From a virus: DNA of 64,000 bases. Every line of letters starts with the position of its first letter. The stretch's first letter is position 1. The translations under genes and the position numbers were made by a program. Shown one piece after another: positions 17,883-27,074 of this stretch. The stretch is taken from positions 22,581 to 86,580 of IMG/VR virus record IMGVR_UViG_3300042691_028844. One strand, given 5' to 3'. The notes under the pieces are model-generated. The model did no database searches. It had not been told where the DNA came from and was given only the letters and a program-made list of their open reading frames with translations.

Positions 17883-18737
17883 ATGGCCCTTCCTCTCCCT
17901 GTTAATCCCTTTCAAAACGTAACTCCTGCGGAGCTCTTAACTCCTCTTGGGTTTGTAACTCTCCCTTTTCGCGGGGCGGCGGCGGTAATGTCTGGCCTTA
18001 GTGGTGCGGACCAGAGTCGCCCTACAGCCCGTGGAGGACAAAAAGCGACCCTTGGCGGAAAGCCTGTCGTCTTTGATGCTGGCTCCAATAAATGGGAGCC
18101 TGACCTGAGTACTCCGGAAGGTAAGGATGCTTGGAGGGCTCCCGGAACTCGGGCTACGCTGGGAAGCGCTTCCGTAACTTGGGACCCTAAAGAGGGTTGG
18201 GTTGCGGACAGGCGATCAGCCAATGATTCTTCATTGCCACCCCCTCCTCCGACTGACGCTTACACCGGGGGAAACATTGATACGGATACTGGGGTTCCTC
18301 CTGTACCTAATCTTCCCGCGCCAACCGAGGGCGCTCCGGGTACTTTTCCGTCACCAAACACGCCTTTAGGCAAACAGCAGCCTGATATTGATCCCAAGCT
18401 TCCGTTTGATTATACGGAACGGATGATCCGGGACTACTTTGTACCGCTCCGAGAGCGAGAGCGCAAAGGAGCACTGATTGAGAGCATTGTTACTTCCCAG
18501 TTACGCGATCGTGGCTTACGAGAGTTATCGCGTCGGGCGATCGAAACCGAAAACATTAAAGCTTGGAGAGAGATTGAGGTGGCTCGACAGCAGGCTATGT
18601 CGAACCAAGCTATTGCATTGGCTAATACGGCGTACCTCTCTCAAATTCCTAATACGGGGATTATGCAGGCGATGTCCGAGACGATGAAAGCCTCTATGCA
18701 GCCTGTATCTTTAGCTTCTGTTGGGACGGTGGGCTGA
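17883..18737 (+). CDS. putative internal virion protein
   Basis: Two ATLG..V.[FW]D...W repeats, Pro-rich linker. Confidence 0.65.
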   Translation: MALPLPVNPFQNVTPAELLTPLGFVTLPFRGAAAVMSGLSGADQSRPTARGGQKATLGGKPVVFDAGSNKWEPDLSTPEGKDAWRAPGTRATLGSASVTWDPKEGWVADRRSANDSSLPPPPPTDAYTGGNIDTDTGVPPVPNLPAPTEGAPGTFPSPNTPLGKQQPDIDPKLPFDYTERMIRDYFVPLRERERKGALIESIVTSQLRDRGLRELSRRAIETENIKAWREIEVARQQAMSNQAIALANTAYLSQIPNTGIMQAMSETMKASMQPVSLASVGTVG

Positions 18738-19444
18738 TGGCTGGTCCTCTTGCTGCTCTTGGTGCGATTGGCACTTTCGCTAGTGGGGCGGGCAGTCTCG
18801 CTGGATCCTTAGGTTTAGGCGGCAGCGGCCCAAGCCCAGGAACTCCAACCGGAGCGGATTACGTATCCCTGTACGCTTCGTCGTTAGCTCCGGGTAACAC
18901 ACAACTCACTATCGCTGCGCAACAGTTAGCTGCGATGATGGGGCCTTATATCCAAGGGCTCAATACATCCACGGCTCTACAAGGATCGCAGTCTTTAGGT
19001 CAATTCAATCAAGCTGCTTATCGCGACCAAAAGGTAACTGATTTGTACTCCGGTATTGCCGGGGGGTACTCTAACTCGCTAATTGGTAATGAAGATCTCG
19101 TAGCTAAGTATAAAACGGCTACAGAATTCCTAGGACCCTCAGCTGCTGCTGATCTCACATCTAAGTATGCTGATACTGCATCCGCTCTGCAGGCCAGAGT
19201 GTTAGAAGGTGAATCGAGTGCCCTGAATAAGGTCACTGAAGGACAGGTTTTGGCGGGTATGGACGCGTCTGAGAAGCGCAATGAGTTTGCTTCGAATATC
19301 GCGAACACTAATCTTGATATTCGTAAACGTCAGGAAGACACTAAGAACGCGTTAGCTCTCCAGCGTGGGCAATTTGAAGCTTGGAGAGCTAAACACGCAA
19401 TAGGTCAAGGTAGTGCGCTCGCCGGGCTAAGAATGTTCGCATGA
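18737..19444 (+). CDS. putative internal virion/pilot protein
   Basis: N-terminal Gly/Ala-rich hydrophobic segment typical of ejection proteins. Confidence 0.65.
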   Translation: MAGPLAALGAIGTFASGAGSLAGSLGLGGSGPSPGTPTGADYVSLYASSLAPGNTQLTIAAQQLAAMMGPYIQGLNTSTALQGSQSLGQFNQAAYRDQKVTDLYSGIAGGYSNSLIGNEDLVAKYKTATEFLGPSAAADLTSKYADTASALQARVLEGESSALNKVTEGQVLAGMDASEKRNEFASNIANTNLDIRKRQEDTKNALALQRGQFEAWRAKHAIGQGSALAGLRMFA

Positions 19445-19968
19445 TTTCTACGATTGGTAACTCCCAAACTGTTGCAGACTGGCTTGCTCTTTTAGATAAG
19501 TCTGCGAAAGACGCTTTTGTCCATTACGCTAAGAATTCCGCTAGCGATATTGAGGCTTACTTGTACGCCCGGTTTATGAAGCCGTCGTACACCGGAAGCA
19601 TCAGCGATCTTTCCGCGTGGGTTCAAGAGAAGTACCCGAAAACTGATTTACGTAAAATCCTGTTATTCGAAATCGACGAGCTTCAGCAAGATATTCATAA
19701 AGTTAGGGACATGACCATAACAGGCATGTTAGATCACGCCACGGCGGCCACGAAGATCTCCGCTCTTCAGAAAGAACTTCGGTCTCACATTCAGTCTGTT
19801 CGAGCTATGTCAGATGGGCTTGACCGGCGTGGATTGCTGCTTGCCGGCGCTGATCGATGCCTCAGAGAGTTGACCCAGACCTTCGAATCTCAACCTACGA
19901 TTCAAGCTTTGTTAGAAGACTCGGCTTTATTGGTCTGGTCAACTCTGGAGCGTGAAGAACGCAGCTAA
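19441..19968 (+). CDS. helical protein, candidate terminase small subunit
   Basis: Size and position (last + gene before terL); positional inference only. Confidence 0.4.
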   Translation: MISTIGNSQTVADWLALLDKSAKDAFVHYAKNSASDIEAYLYARFMKPSYTGSISDLSAWVQEKYPKTDLRKILLFEIDELQQDIHKVRDMTITGMLDHATAATKISALQKELRSHIQSVRAMSDGLDRRGLLLAGADRCLRELTQTFESQPTIQALLEDSALLVWSTLEREERS

Positions 19969-19969
19969 T

Positions 19970-21061
19970 TCACACGCTGATAACTTTAGTCATTCGCTTC
20001 ATTATGTTTTCTAGCGGGCACCTAAACGTGCCCATAAACGCGTCATTGACCCCTAAAGCCATCACAACTTCTGTGTTTTCGATAAACGCCCCGAAAGGGA
20101 GGATAACTGCGGGCTGAAAGGACACAATATTTCCTGTTACGTCAGTCCACGCAATGAGCTGGTCATTTAGGGATCCTTCAAACAACGGATTTTCGTCGTA
20201 GTACAGGATTTTCTCAAAAGTCTTATCGACTATGTAAGAACCTAAATAGTATTTAAGATACACAAATCCGTTAGAGTCTGTCTCCATACGCTTCCAGTGA
20301 TAAAACACTAGATGGCCGTATCCGATATTGATCGGAGCCGTGGAGTTGAAGGTAGCAGCTCCGTGCGTTGCGCCCTCCAGTACGGTTGTGTCTGTTGTAA
20401 TCGTTGGGCTTGACTCTCGCTCAATGATCAAGGGTCGCGTTGAGTACAGACAACACAACTCGTCTTTATGGGTAAAGAAGCACCAGTTTTTCTCTGCGGC
20501 TTCTTTTTCTCGGTTTTTTCCGATCGGCGGAATTGCTGGTGTAACAGCTTCCCCTGTTTCGTTGACGTAGGCGACGATTACCTTCGGTTGATCGAAGAGT
20601 TTCGCACCGCCTTTATTTCTCTGACTTGCATAAGTTGAGCCAACAAACTGAACGTAAAGTTCAGAGTCTGGGCCAATAAAAAGTCGAGGATCCTCGTAAC
20701 TGAGCTTGTGAGGTTTTGATCTGATTTTTTTCGTTCCGATGATTGTGGAGTCATTCAGCAGCTCTCCGATGTAAACATCCGTTGGCTGACTATTCATGTA
20801 GAAGTAATTATTGTCATATCTAAAGCAAAAAGGCTCTGGTTGTGATCTCCATGCAATCAGAGTTTTATTGTTATGCTTTAGAACACAAGGGCTGAAATTG
20901 GCAACTGAATTTTTAGGTAGGCCCTTGGTTATTCGCACGAAAGTACCGCCAAGACTCTCCGCTTGCTGGTAAACAGTTGGAGTTCCGGGGTGATCCTGTT
21001 TGATGCGGATAGCAACCTGAGAATGCTCGTGGTAAAACCGTGCGCTGTTCATGGGTATCAA
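19970..21061 (-). CDS. beta-propeller carbohydrate-active enzyme (GH130/GT91/GT108-like)
   Basis: FSPCV, YEDPRLF, EKNWCFF, ALGVND motifs. Confidence 0.7.
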   Translation of the reverse strand: MIPMNSARFYHEHSQVAIRIKQDHPGTPTVYQQAESLGGTFVRITKGLPKNSVANFSPCVLKHNNKTLIAWRSQPEPFCFRYDNNYFYMNSQPTDVYIGELLNDSTIIGTKKIRSKPHKLSYEDPRLFIGPDSELYVQFVGSTYASQRNKGGAKLFDQPKVIVAYVNETGEAVTPAIPPIGKNREKEAAEKNWCFFTHKDELCCLYSTRPLIIERESSPTITTDTTVLEGATHGAATFNSTAPINIGYGHLVFYHWKRMETDSNGFVYLKYYLGSYIVDKTFEKILYYDENPLFEGSLNDQLIAWTDVTGNIVSFQPAVILPFGAFIENTEVVMALGVNDAFMGTFRCPLENIMKRMTKVISV

Positions 21062-22230
21062 GCTAAAAGGTCGTTAATTGCTGCTACAAACCCCGCAGCT
21101 ACGGTTTCCCACCGGTATTCGGGTCTTTGAGTCAGTGCGTAGCAAGCATCGGCAACTTCTTTGTAAATTAACTTGTCGTGATACAGCGTGTTAAGTTGCT
21201 CCACAGCGTGATCTGTTTCGATTAGACCGCGCTCAACGCCTAGGTCTTTGTCGTAGACCCACGTAGCAATGTCCGTGGTCATGCCAACGCCTTCCCACAG
21301 ATCGCGGCACACTGTGTGATTGGGAACAATCTGAGGCTTGCGGCAACTTGCGTGTTCGAAGCTGACAAGCCCCCAGCCCTCACCATCCGCAGTATTCAAC
21401 CCTACGTTTGAGACGTTGTAGATCTTATTAAGAAGTTCGTCGGATGGTGCATCCGTGTAAGACATTGAGTTAGTCGTCAGCACCAGCCTGTTCTCGGCGC
21501 TTAGCCCACGCTTCTCCATCTCGTGACGGAAAAGAGGCATAATATCCCACCCAAGATCTTTAAGCGCCATGTGCAGATACAGCATTGTATCTGGCTTATC
21601 GACTGCAAATTTTGCGAAGGTTTGAATGGTTAGGTCTATACGTTTCCGAGGTTGGTTTCGATTACCGTTGAAAACAATAAACTTGTCCTTAGGAATTCCG
21701 AGTTGGTCGCGGGCTTCGTCCATTGGCATGGGGTTGAAGCGACCAATGTCCACCCCGTGGGGGATAACAGCTAGTTTCTGTGCTTCTACTCCTTGATCTA
21801 GAAGACGCTCAGCGCTTCCTACGGTAAACGTAGTTGCTAGATCCCAGTGGGGGATATTTCGCAGCATATCAGAGAGGTAACTCTGACTATCTGTTGGGAA
21901 GTATGCGAAAAACTTGAACTTTTGAGTTTCGCGAAGGAACTGAGCTCTCTCCCAAACCTGATTTAGAACCCAAATATCCCCTAAGGCAATAAAAACATCA
22001 GGCTTGACTTTCGACAGGATCTCCGGAATTCGGTTGAAGCCGTGGCGATCCGGTGCATTGACGGTAGCCGCCGGGTAAATGTCGAAAGGGTAATCGTGCG
22101 GATCTCCTACAGCGTTAACCCCGAGGACAGTGACTTCGTGCTGTTTACTTAGGTGGTTTAAGATGCTGTGCGTTACTCTACCGAATCCAGTATTACAGCA
22201 CGCATCGCCATACCAAAGTACTTTCGCCAT
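21058..22230 (-). CDS. GT4 (GT-B) glycosyltransferase
   Basis: TGFGRV, IPHGVD, NRNQPRKRID, GEGWGLVSFE. Confidence 0.92.
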   Translation of the reverse strand: MAKVLWYGDACCNTGFGRVTHSILNHLSKQHEVTVLGVNAVGDPHDYPFDIYPAATVNAPDRHGFNRIPEILSKVKPDVFIALGDIWVLNQVWERAQFLRETQKFKFFAYFPTDSQSYLSDMLRNIPHWDLATTFTVGSAERLLDQGVEAQKLAVIPHGVDIGRFNPMPMDEARDQLGIPKDKFIVFNGNRNQPRKRIDLTIQTFAKFAVDKPDTMLYLHMALKDLGWDIMPLFRHEMEKRGLSAENRLVLTTNSMSYTDAPSDELLNKIYNVSNVGLNTADGEGWGLVSFEHASCRKPQIVPNHTVCRDLWEGVGMTTDIATWVYDKDLGVERGLIETDHAVEQLNTLYHDKLIYKEVADACYALTQRPEYRWETVAAGFVAAINDLLA

Positions 22231-22283
22231 CCCGATGTAGAATCTGAATACAGTTAATATAGCAGCACTGTCAGGATATTGAT

Positions 22284-23804
22284 ATGCCGAGCCGGGAATC
22301 CTTTGCTTATCGTCGCGGTGCTCAGATCAAGGCAGTTAGAGCGCAAGAGGACACTTCAACTAAGTTAGATAACGTCTATTCGCGGGCTTCAGCGGATTTT
22401 CACACGTTCTGTACTCTTCTGGATAAGCCTCCGGCAAAGCACATGCTGGAGTGGCACCAGCACTTAATTACAGGTGCCTCAAACAAGTACTTAATTGATA
22501 TTGCTGGGCCGAATCTAGATATCTTAAGTCCCCGAGGATCCGCAAAGTCTACTGTACTTAACCTGTTTACCGCTTGGATCATAGGTAGGCACACATCAGC
22601 TGGGTTGCCACTGCAGATTATCTATGTGTCGTATAACATCGCCACTGCCACGCCGAAGAGCCGGATTATTAAGCAGCTGATCGATTCAACTGTCTACAAA
22701 AAGATTTTTCCTAAGGTCCAGCTAAAGGCTGGGATGCAGTCCGACATTGGCTGGTCGATTGACTTTGAGTACGCTGGTATTCCCCGCGTGGGCGATGAAG
22801 AGTTTACGTTGCGTGCTGCTGGCTTACGAGGTTCGATTACATCCAAACGCGCACATTTAGTTATCGTTGATGACCCTATTAAGTCCAGTACGGATATTAA
22901 AAATCCCGCAATTAGGGATGAAATGAATACTAACTGGTCGTCTGTTATTGCCCCAATTATCTTCGAGGGCGGACGCTCGATTTGTCTAGGCACCCGCTTC
23001 CACCCTCTAGACATTCATAAAACTCTCTTTGTTGAGTCTAAGGGATGGAAACAGGTGACTCAAGAGGCGCTTACCTACGACAACCACGGAAACCCCCGGA
23101 GTTACTGGCCGGAACAATGGTCTGTTAATTACCTGATGCAGCAGAAAGAACTTGATCCTGTTGCGTTTGCCTTCCAGTACCAACAACAACCCGTTCTTAC
23201 TTCGGATCTTATCGTTTCTCCTGAGTTAATCATTAAGGGAGATGTTGTTACAGAGTTCGATTCGCTCGCCGTGGGAATTGACCTCTCAGCTAGTCGTAGT
23301 GAAACAAGCGACTACACCGCATTTGTTCTCGGAGGACGCCTTAAGGACAAGTACTACATTATCGACGCTCATCAGTGTAGAAGTATCGGTAATTTAGAGA
23401 AGATAGATTTACTGTGCGACATGTTGTTGGAGTGGGGGATCCTGGTAAAACAGGATGGACAGTTCCTGCCTACTTATTCCACCGTTACCCTTGTTGTTGA
23501 GTCTGTTGCGTATCAAGCTTCTCTGGCTGCGGATATCCGGCGGGTTCTCTTAACTGAGCGGGGCTTAGGCAACCTTCACATTCACGAAGTCAAAGGCTTC
23601 CGTGGAGATAAGATTGCTCGGTTCAGAGGAACCCTCGGTTTGTTAGAGAATAAAAAGATCGTCTTTAACAAATATAGAAAGTTTGATGCGCTGCTTGACC
23701 AGCTGATTAATATAGGCGCTACGTCTCACGATGACTTACTTGACGCCTATACCTGGCTCATCACTTTCTTGCAGCGACGCGGAACCTTCTCCATCGAGTA
23801 CTAA
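22284..23804 (+). CDS. terL: terminase large subunit
   Basis: Walker A PRGSAKST, Walker B IVDDP, GTRFH, nuclease GIDL...DYTA...HDDLLDA. Confidence 0.95.
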   Translation: MPSRESFAYRRGAQIKAVRAQEDTSTKLDNVYSRASADFHTFCTLLDKPPAKHMLEWHQHLITGASNKYLIDIAGPNLDILSPRGSAKSTVLNLFTAWIIGRHTSAGLPLQIIYVSYNIATATPKSRIIKQLIDSTVYKKIFPKVQLKAGMQSDIGWSIDFEYAGIPRVGDEEFTLRAAGLRGSITSKRAHLVIVDDPIKSSTDIKNPAIRDEMNTNWSSVIAPIIFEGGRSICLGTRFHPLDIHKTLFVESKGWKQVTQEALTYDNHGNPRSYWPEQWSVNYLMQQKELDPVAFAFQYQQQPVLTSDLIVSPELIIKGDVVTEFDSLAVGIDLSASRSETSDYTAFVLGGRLKDKYYIIDAHQCRSIGNLEKIDLLCDMLLEWGILVKQDGQFLPTYSTVTLVVESVAYQASLAADIRRVLLTERGLGNLHIHEVKGFRGDKIARFRGTLGLLENKKIVFNKYRKFDALLDQLINIGATSHDDLLDAYTWLITFLQRRGTFSIEY

Positions 23805-23814
23805 TACGCACGCG

Positions 23815-24690
23815 ATGAATAAACGAATTTGGGTCGCAATCACCGCACACAAACCTCTGGATAGGTTATCACCCTTACTGCATGTAATTTCTCAGTACGA
23901 GTCGTTTCCATTTGATGTTAAGGTTTGTGTTTACATTGATTATGACTCACAAAATGATGTTGAGCTTTTACACAACTTTTTCGGTATTTTTAAGAAGGTA
24001 GAAGTTGAAGTTAAAGTTGCTTCGCCTGGTTATGAAGATTGGTATTTAACCTGGGCGCACAAAACGGATCTAGCGCTTGAGATTCTCAATAAACGTGCAG
24101 ATTACTATATTTATCAAGAGAATGACATGGTATTAACTCTAGAGAACTTTAAGTACTGGATGGTTTGGCAACCTCGTCTAGCTCAGCGTGGATTAGAACC
24201 GGGCTTTATTCGGTACGAAAATTACAGCGGTTTAAAGGTCCCTTTTGATAATCACTACGTCTACTCGCTGACTAAAACCACGCCGGATATCTGGGGGTCA
24301 GTTGGGTTCACTGTCCCGAAGATTTTAGTTATTGATCACGAGATAGATTTATTTGTTCAGGTAGCCAACCCTTATTACGGGGGGATGATTCTCACTCAAG
24401 CTGACGGGGATAAATACATACGCTCAATGAGTTACGACCCGGAGATGAGCTATTCCCGCGTAGGCATTCGTAATTGGCCCATCGCAGATCGTAGTTCTAT
24501 GGGGTTGGCGTTCGAAGGTGTGCCAGCAGAGTACGAACACAGACGCTGCATTCCCCTTAAGAAAGTTTCAGAGGGTTACGAGCCCCTCGATTTTTGTTTG
24601 ATTCACCATGACGACTTCAAATATGCTCCGGAACTAAAGCAAAAAAATGTAACTTTATTAGATTGTAAGCAGATGTTTTCCTTGAGTTGA
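23815..24690 (+). CDS. putative GT-A-like glycosyltransferase
   Basis: LTWAHK, DYYIYQEND, NPYYGG pattern; likely start MNKRIW. Confidence 0.55.
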   Translation: MNKRIWVAITAHKPLDRLSPLLHVISQYESFPFDVKVCVYIDYDSQNDVELLHNFFGIFKKVEVEVKVASPGYEDWYLTWAHKTDLALEILNKRADYYIYQENDMVLTLENFKYWMVWQPRLAQRGLEPGFIRYENYSGLKVPFDNHYVYSLTKTTPDIWGSVGFTVPKILVIDHEIDLFVQVANPYYGGMILTQADGDKYIRSMSYDPEMSYSRVGIRNWPIADRSSMGLAFEGVPAEYEHRRCIPLKKVSEGYEPLDFCLIHHDDFKYAPELKQKNVTLLDCKQMFSLS

Positions 24691-24807
24691 GAACTCCTCG
24701 TGGAGCTGAGTACGTAAAAGTCTGCTATACTCTCGCAGGAAGGAGTACATGTGAAGTTCTGTATAGAACAGACGCATACAACCTTCGTAAACATATTCAA
24801 GCTTTAC

Positions 24808-25110
24808 ATGGAACCATTTACTGGTTTAACCCGTCCTGAGGATCTGGTTGGCGTTTTAACCGAGCGTGGATCTAGATACGGTGCTTTCATGGGCCACGCG
24901 GGTGTCACTTGCAAGCTGAAAGACGTTATCCGCGCTGAGCTTAACCACCGTTCTAAACAACTTGAGGTAGATCAATTAGAGGCTTTAGATATGATTTGTC
25001 ATAAAATCGGACGAATTATTAATGGAGATGCCGACTATGACGACAGTTGGCGGGATATTGCTGGATATTCTATGCTTGTTTGTGATCGTTTAAACGGAAT
25101 TGTTCGCTAA
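24808..25110 (+). CDS. DUF6378-like protein
   Basis: ERGSRYG..., KIGRI..GD....DSWRDIAGY. Confidence 0.75.
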   Translation: MEPFTGLTRPEDLVGVLTERGSRYGAFMGHAGVTCKLKDVIRAELNHRSKQLEVDQLEALDMICHKIGRIINGDADYDDSWRDIAGYSMLVCDRLNGIVR

Positions 25111-25157
25111 CTCTTCCTGGTTAAACTCGATAGACTGTTTTTAAGTAGAGCTTTTTT

Positions 25158-25451
25158 ATGGATTTTCGCGCTTTCGGCACCACGTATCCTTACTCTGGTA
25201 CGGTCCCCTTCACGAGCGGTTTCGGCATGGTGCCGCATGCTTCTGGCGGAGGAGAAGCACACTTTGCTTCCTGTAGAGCACTGTTTATTGAGGCGAAGTC
25301 AGGCGGTAGCGGAGGCTTTCTCGCTGTGGAGATGACGGACGCACCTAATCAGATCATACGGGCACAAAACCTTAAAGGGGATCAACTGTATCCTATCTCT
25401 TGTATCGCTATTCACAGCGGTGACGTTGCTGGCGTGTTTGTTCTTTACTGA
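25158..25451 (+). CDS. small beta-rich virion protein
   Basis: RALFI...PIS.....GVFVLY pattern; 6 SG in 97 aa. Confidence 0.65.
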   Translation: MDFRAFGTTYPYSGTVPFTSGFGMVPHASGGGEAHFASCRALFIEAKSGGSGGFLAVEMTDAPNQIIRAQNLKGDQLYPISCIAIHSGDVAGVFVLY

Positions 25452-25472
25452 TTTCTCTGCTGAGGAGGGTTT

Positions 25473-25700
25473 ATGTCCGAAATAGCGAAGAAAAAGCACC
25501 CTGAAAAGTGGGCTAGAGCTAAGGCTAAAGCCCGCGCAAAACTCGGCGGCCATAGCGCTAGAGCTATGCAGCTCGCCACAAAGTACTACAAGGACATGGG
25601 AGGTGAGTATTCGGGTAGAAAATCCGGTGAAAATCGTCTCTCTCGCTGGTCTAAGGAAGATTGGCAGACGAAGGAAGAGTATGAGTCGAACAAAGACTGA
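25473..25700 (+). CDS. basic phage protein, DUF5872-like N-half
   Basis: SARAMQLATKYYKDMGGEY...WSKEDW. Confidence 0.7.
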   Translation: MSEIAKKKHPEKWARAKAKARAKLGGHSARAMQLATKYYKDMGGEYSGRKSGENRLSRWSKEDWQTKEEYESNKD

Positions 25701-25702
25701 AA

Positions 25703-25921
25703 ATGGCTGATTTAGCTAGGGAGAAAGGGCGGACTGAACGTTATTTACCTCGTTCAGCTTGGGCTCAACTCAGCCCAGAGGAGCGTCGAGCGACGGATGA
25801 AAAGAAAAAGAGGGCCACGGCTGGCGATAAACCAGTGAATACCCGCGTGGCTAATACCGAAGCAGCCAAAAGAGCTCGCGCAAAAGCATCAGAGTACATC
25901 CGACGCAAATCTCAAGCCTAA
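25703..25921 (+). CDS. basic phage protein, DUF5872-like C-half
   Basis: ERYLPRSAW..LS..E..AT..KK. Confidence 0.7.
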   Translation: MADLAREKGRTERYLPRSAWAQLSPEERRATDEKKKRATAGDKPVNTRVANTEAAKRARAKASEYIRRKSQA

Positions 25922-25923
25922 AA

Positions 25924-26157
25924 ATGGAACCTTCCTCTAGTTCTGCTCGATATTTTCTTCGCGGTTACGTAGAAAAACCTAAGGATGAGCAGGGCGAGCA
26001 GCAATCTTTCGGGGCTGAGCCCGAAGAACCCTCTAAATTTGAGTCCCCGGAAGATTATCTGAACGAGGGGCCGAATATTGCGGACGTTGAGGAGGTCAAA
26101 GACCACTTAATCGAGAAAGCTCAGGCCGCGAAACGGGTATCTGCCCCCTACGCCTAG
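25924..26157 (+). CDS. hypothetical protein (FLxxYV motif)
   Basis: Coupled ORF. Confidence 0.65.
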   Translation: MEPSSSSARYFLRGYVEKPKDEQGEQQSFGAEPEEPSKFESPEDYLNEGPNIADVEEVKDHLIEKAQAAKRVSAPYA

Positions 26158-26207
26158 CGTATTCCGTAAAAACCGTCCTAGTATGCTGCTAGCTCGCACC
26201 TGGCGCC

Positions 26208-27053
26208 GTGCTTTTTGACTGTTTTTTGTATTTCAACGAACGTGAACTGCTAGAACTGCGTTACGAGATACTCAAAGACGTTGTAGACGGCTTTATTATC
26301 ACAGACGCTAACAGAACTTTCAAAGGAGATCCTAAACCTTTTACTTGCGTTGATACTCTCCGCGAGCTGGGGATCCCTGAGGACAAAGTTCAGGTTCTAC
26401 ACGTTGAACTTCCCTCAAAGGAAGAGATTTTTGATCCATGGGTGAGGGAATACGCCCAAAGGGATGCTCTCGCCGTGGGTATGCGGATGACCCCTCCCGA
26501 CTCGGTGTTTTTCTTCAGCGATGTTGACGAAATTCCTCGCCCAGAAGCGTTACTAGACGCCGCTAAGATCGCTCAAAGGTCCCCAGATCGCTGTATACGC
26601 TTATCAATGCCTATGTTTTATGGGCGTGGCGATCTGCGGGTGGTGAATCCAAACGGTCGCGATTCGGAAGCACCAAATAATTGGGTTTGCGGCACAATTG
26701 TTTTACATGATCATCTACACCAAACACTTTCGCAAATTCGTCGTAACCCACGCGATGTTGTTTACGGCTATTGCGACGCCGGGTGGCACTTCTCCTGGAT
26801 GGGTGACTCAAATCGTTTGAAAACTAAGGTACAGTCGTTCTCTCACTGTTACGACGACATTCCTAATTCCGTGGCCCCAGCCGACAGTCAAGAATTGCTT
26901 GATTTTATGGATCAGTATAAGGCTGTTGAAGGCGCTACAGATCCGTTAGGGCGCACAGATCACATTCTGGTTAACTACCCGCATGAGCTTTTGCCTCCTG
27001 AGCTGTTTAGAATGGATCGAGTCAGAGATTTTCTGCTCCCGACTGTAGATTGA
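26208..27053 (+). CDS. GT17 (GnT-III-like) N-acetylglucosaminyltransferase family protein
   Basis: DCFLYFNE.ELLELR, E.AQRD, SDVDEIP, GWHFSW.G...KVQSFSH. Confidence 0.88.
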   Translation: MLFDCFLYFNERELLELRYEILKDVVDGFIITDANRTFKGDPKPFTCVDTLRELGIPEDKVQVLHVELPSKEEIFDPWVREYAQRDALAVGMRMTPPDSVFFFSDVDEIPRPEALLDAAKIAQRSPDRCIRLSMPMFYGRGDLRVVNPNGRDSEAPNNWVCGTIVLHDHLHQTLSQIRRNPRDVVYGYCDAGWHFSWMGDSNRLKTKVQSFSHCYDDIPNSVAPADSQELLDFMDQYKAVEGATDPLGRTDHILVNYPHELLPPELFRMDRVRDFLLPTVD

Positions 27054-27074
27054 ACGTAAGAGGATCCGGATCTA

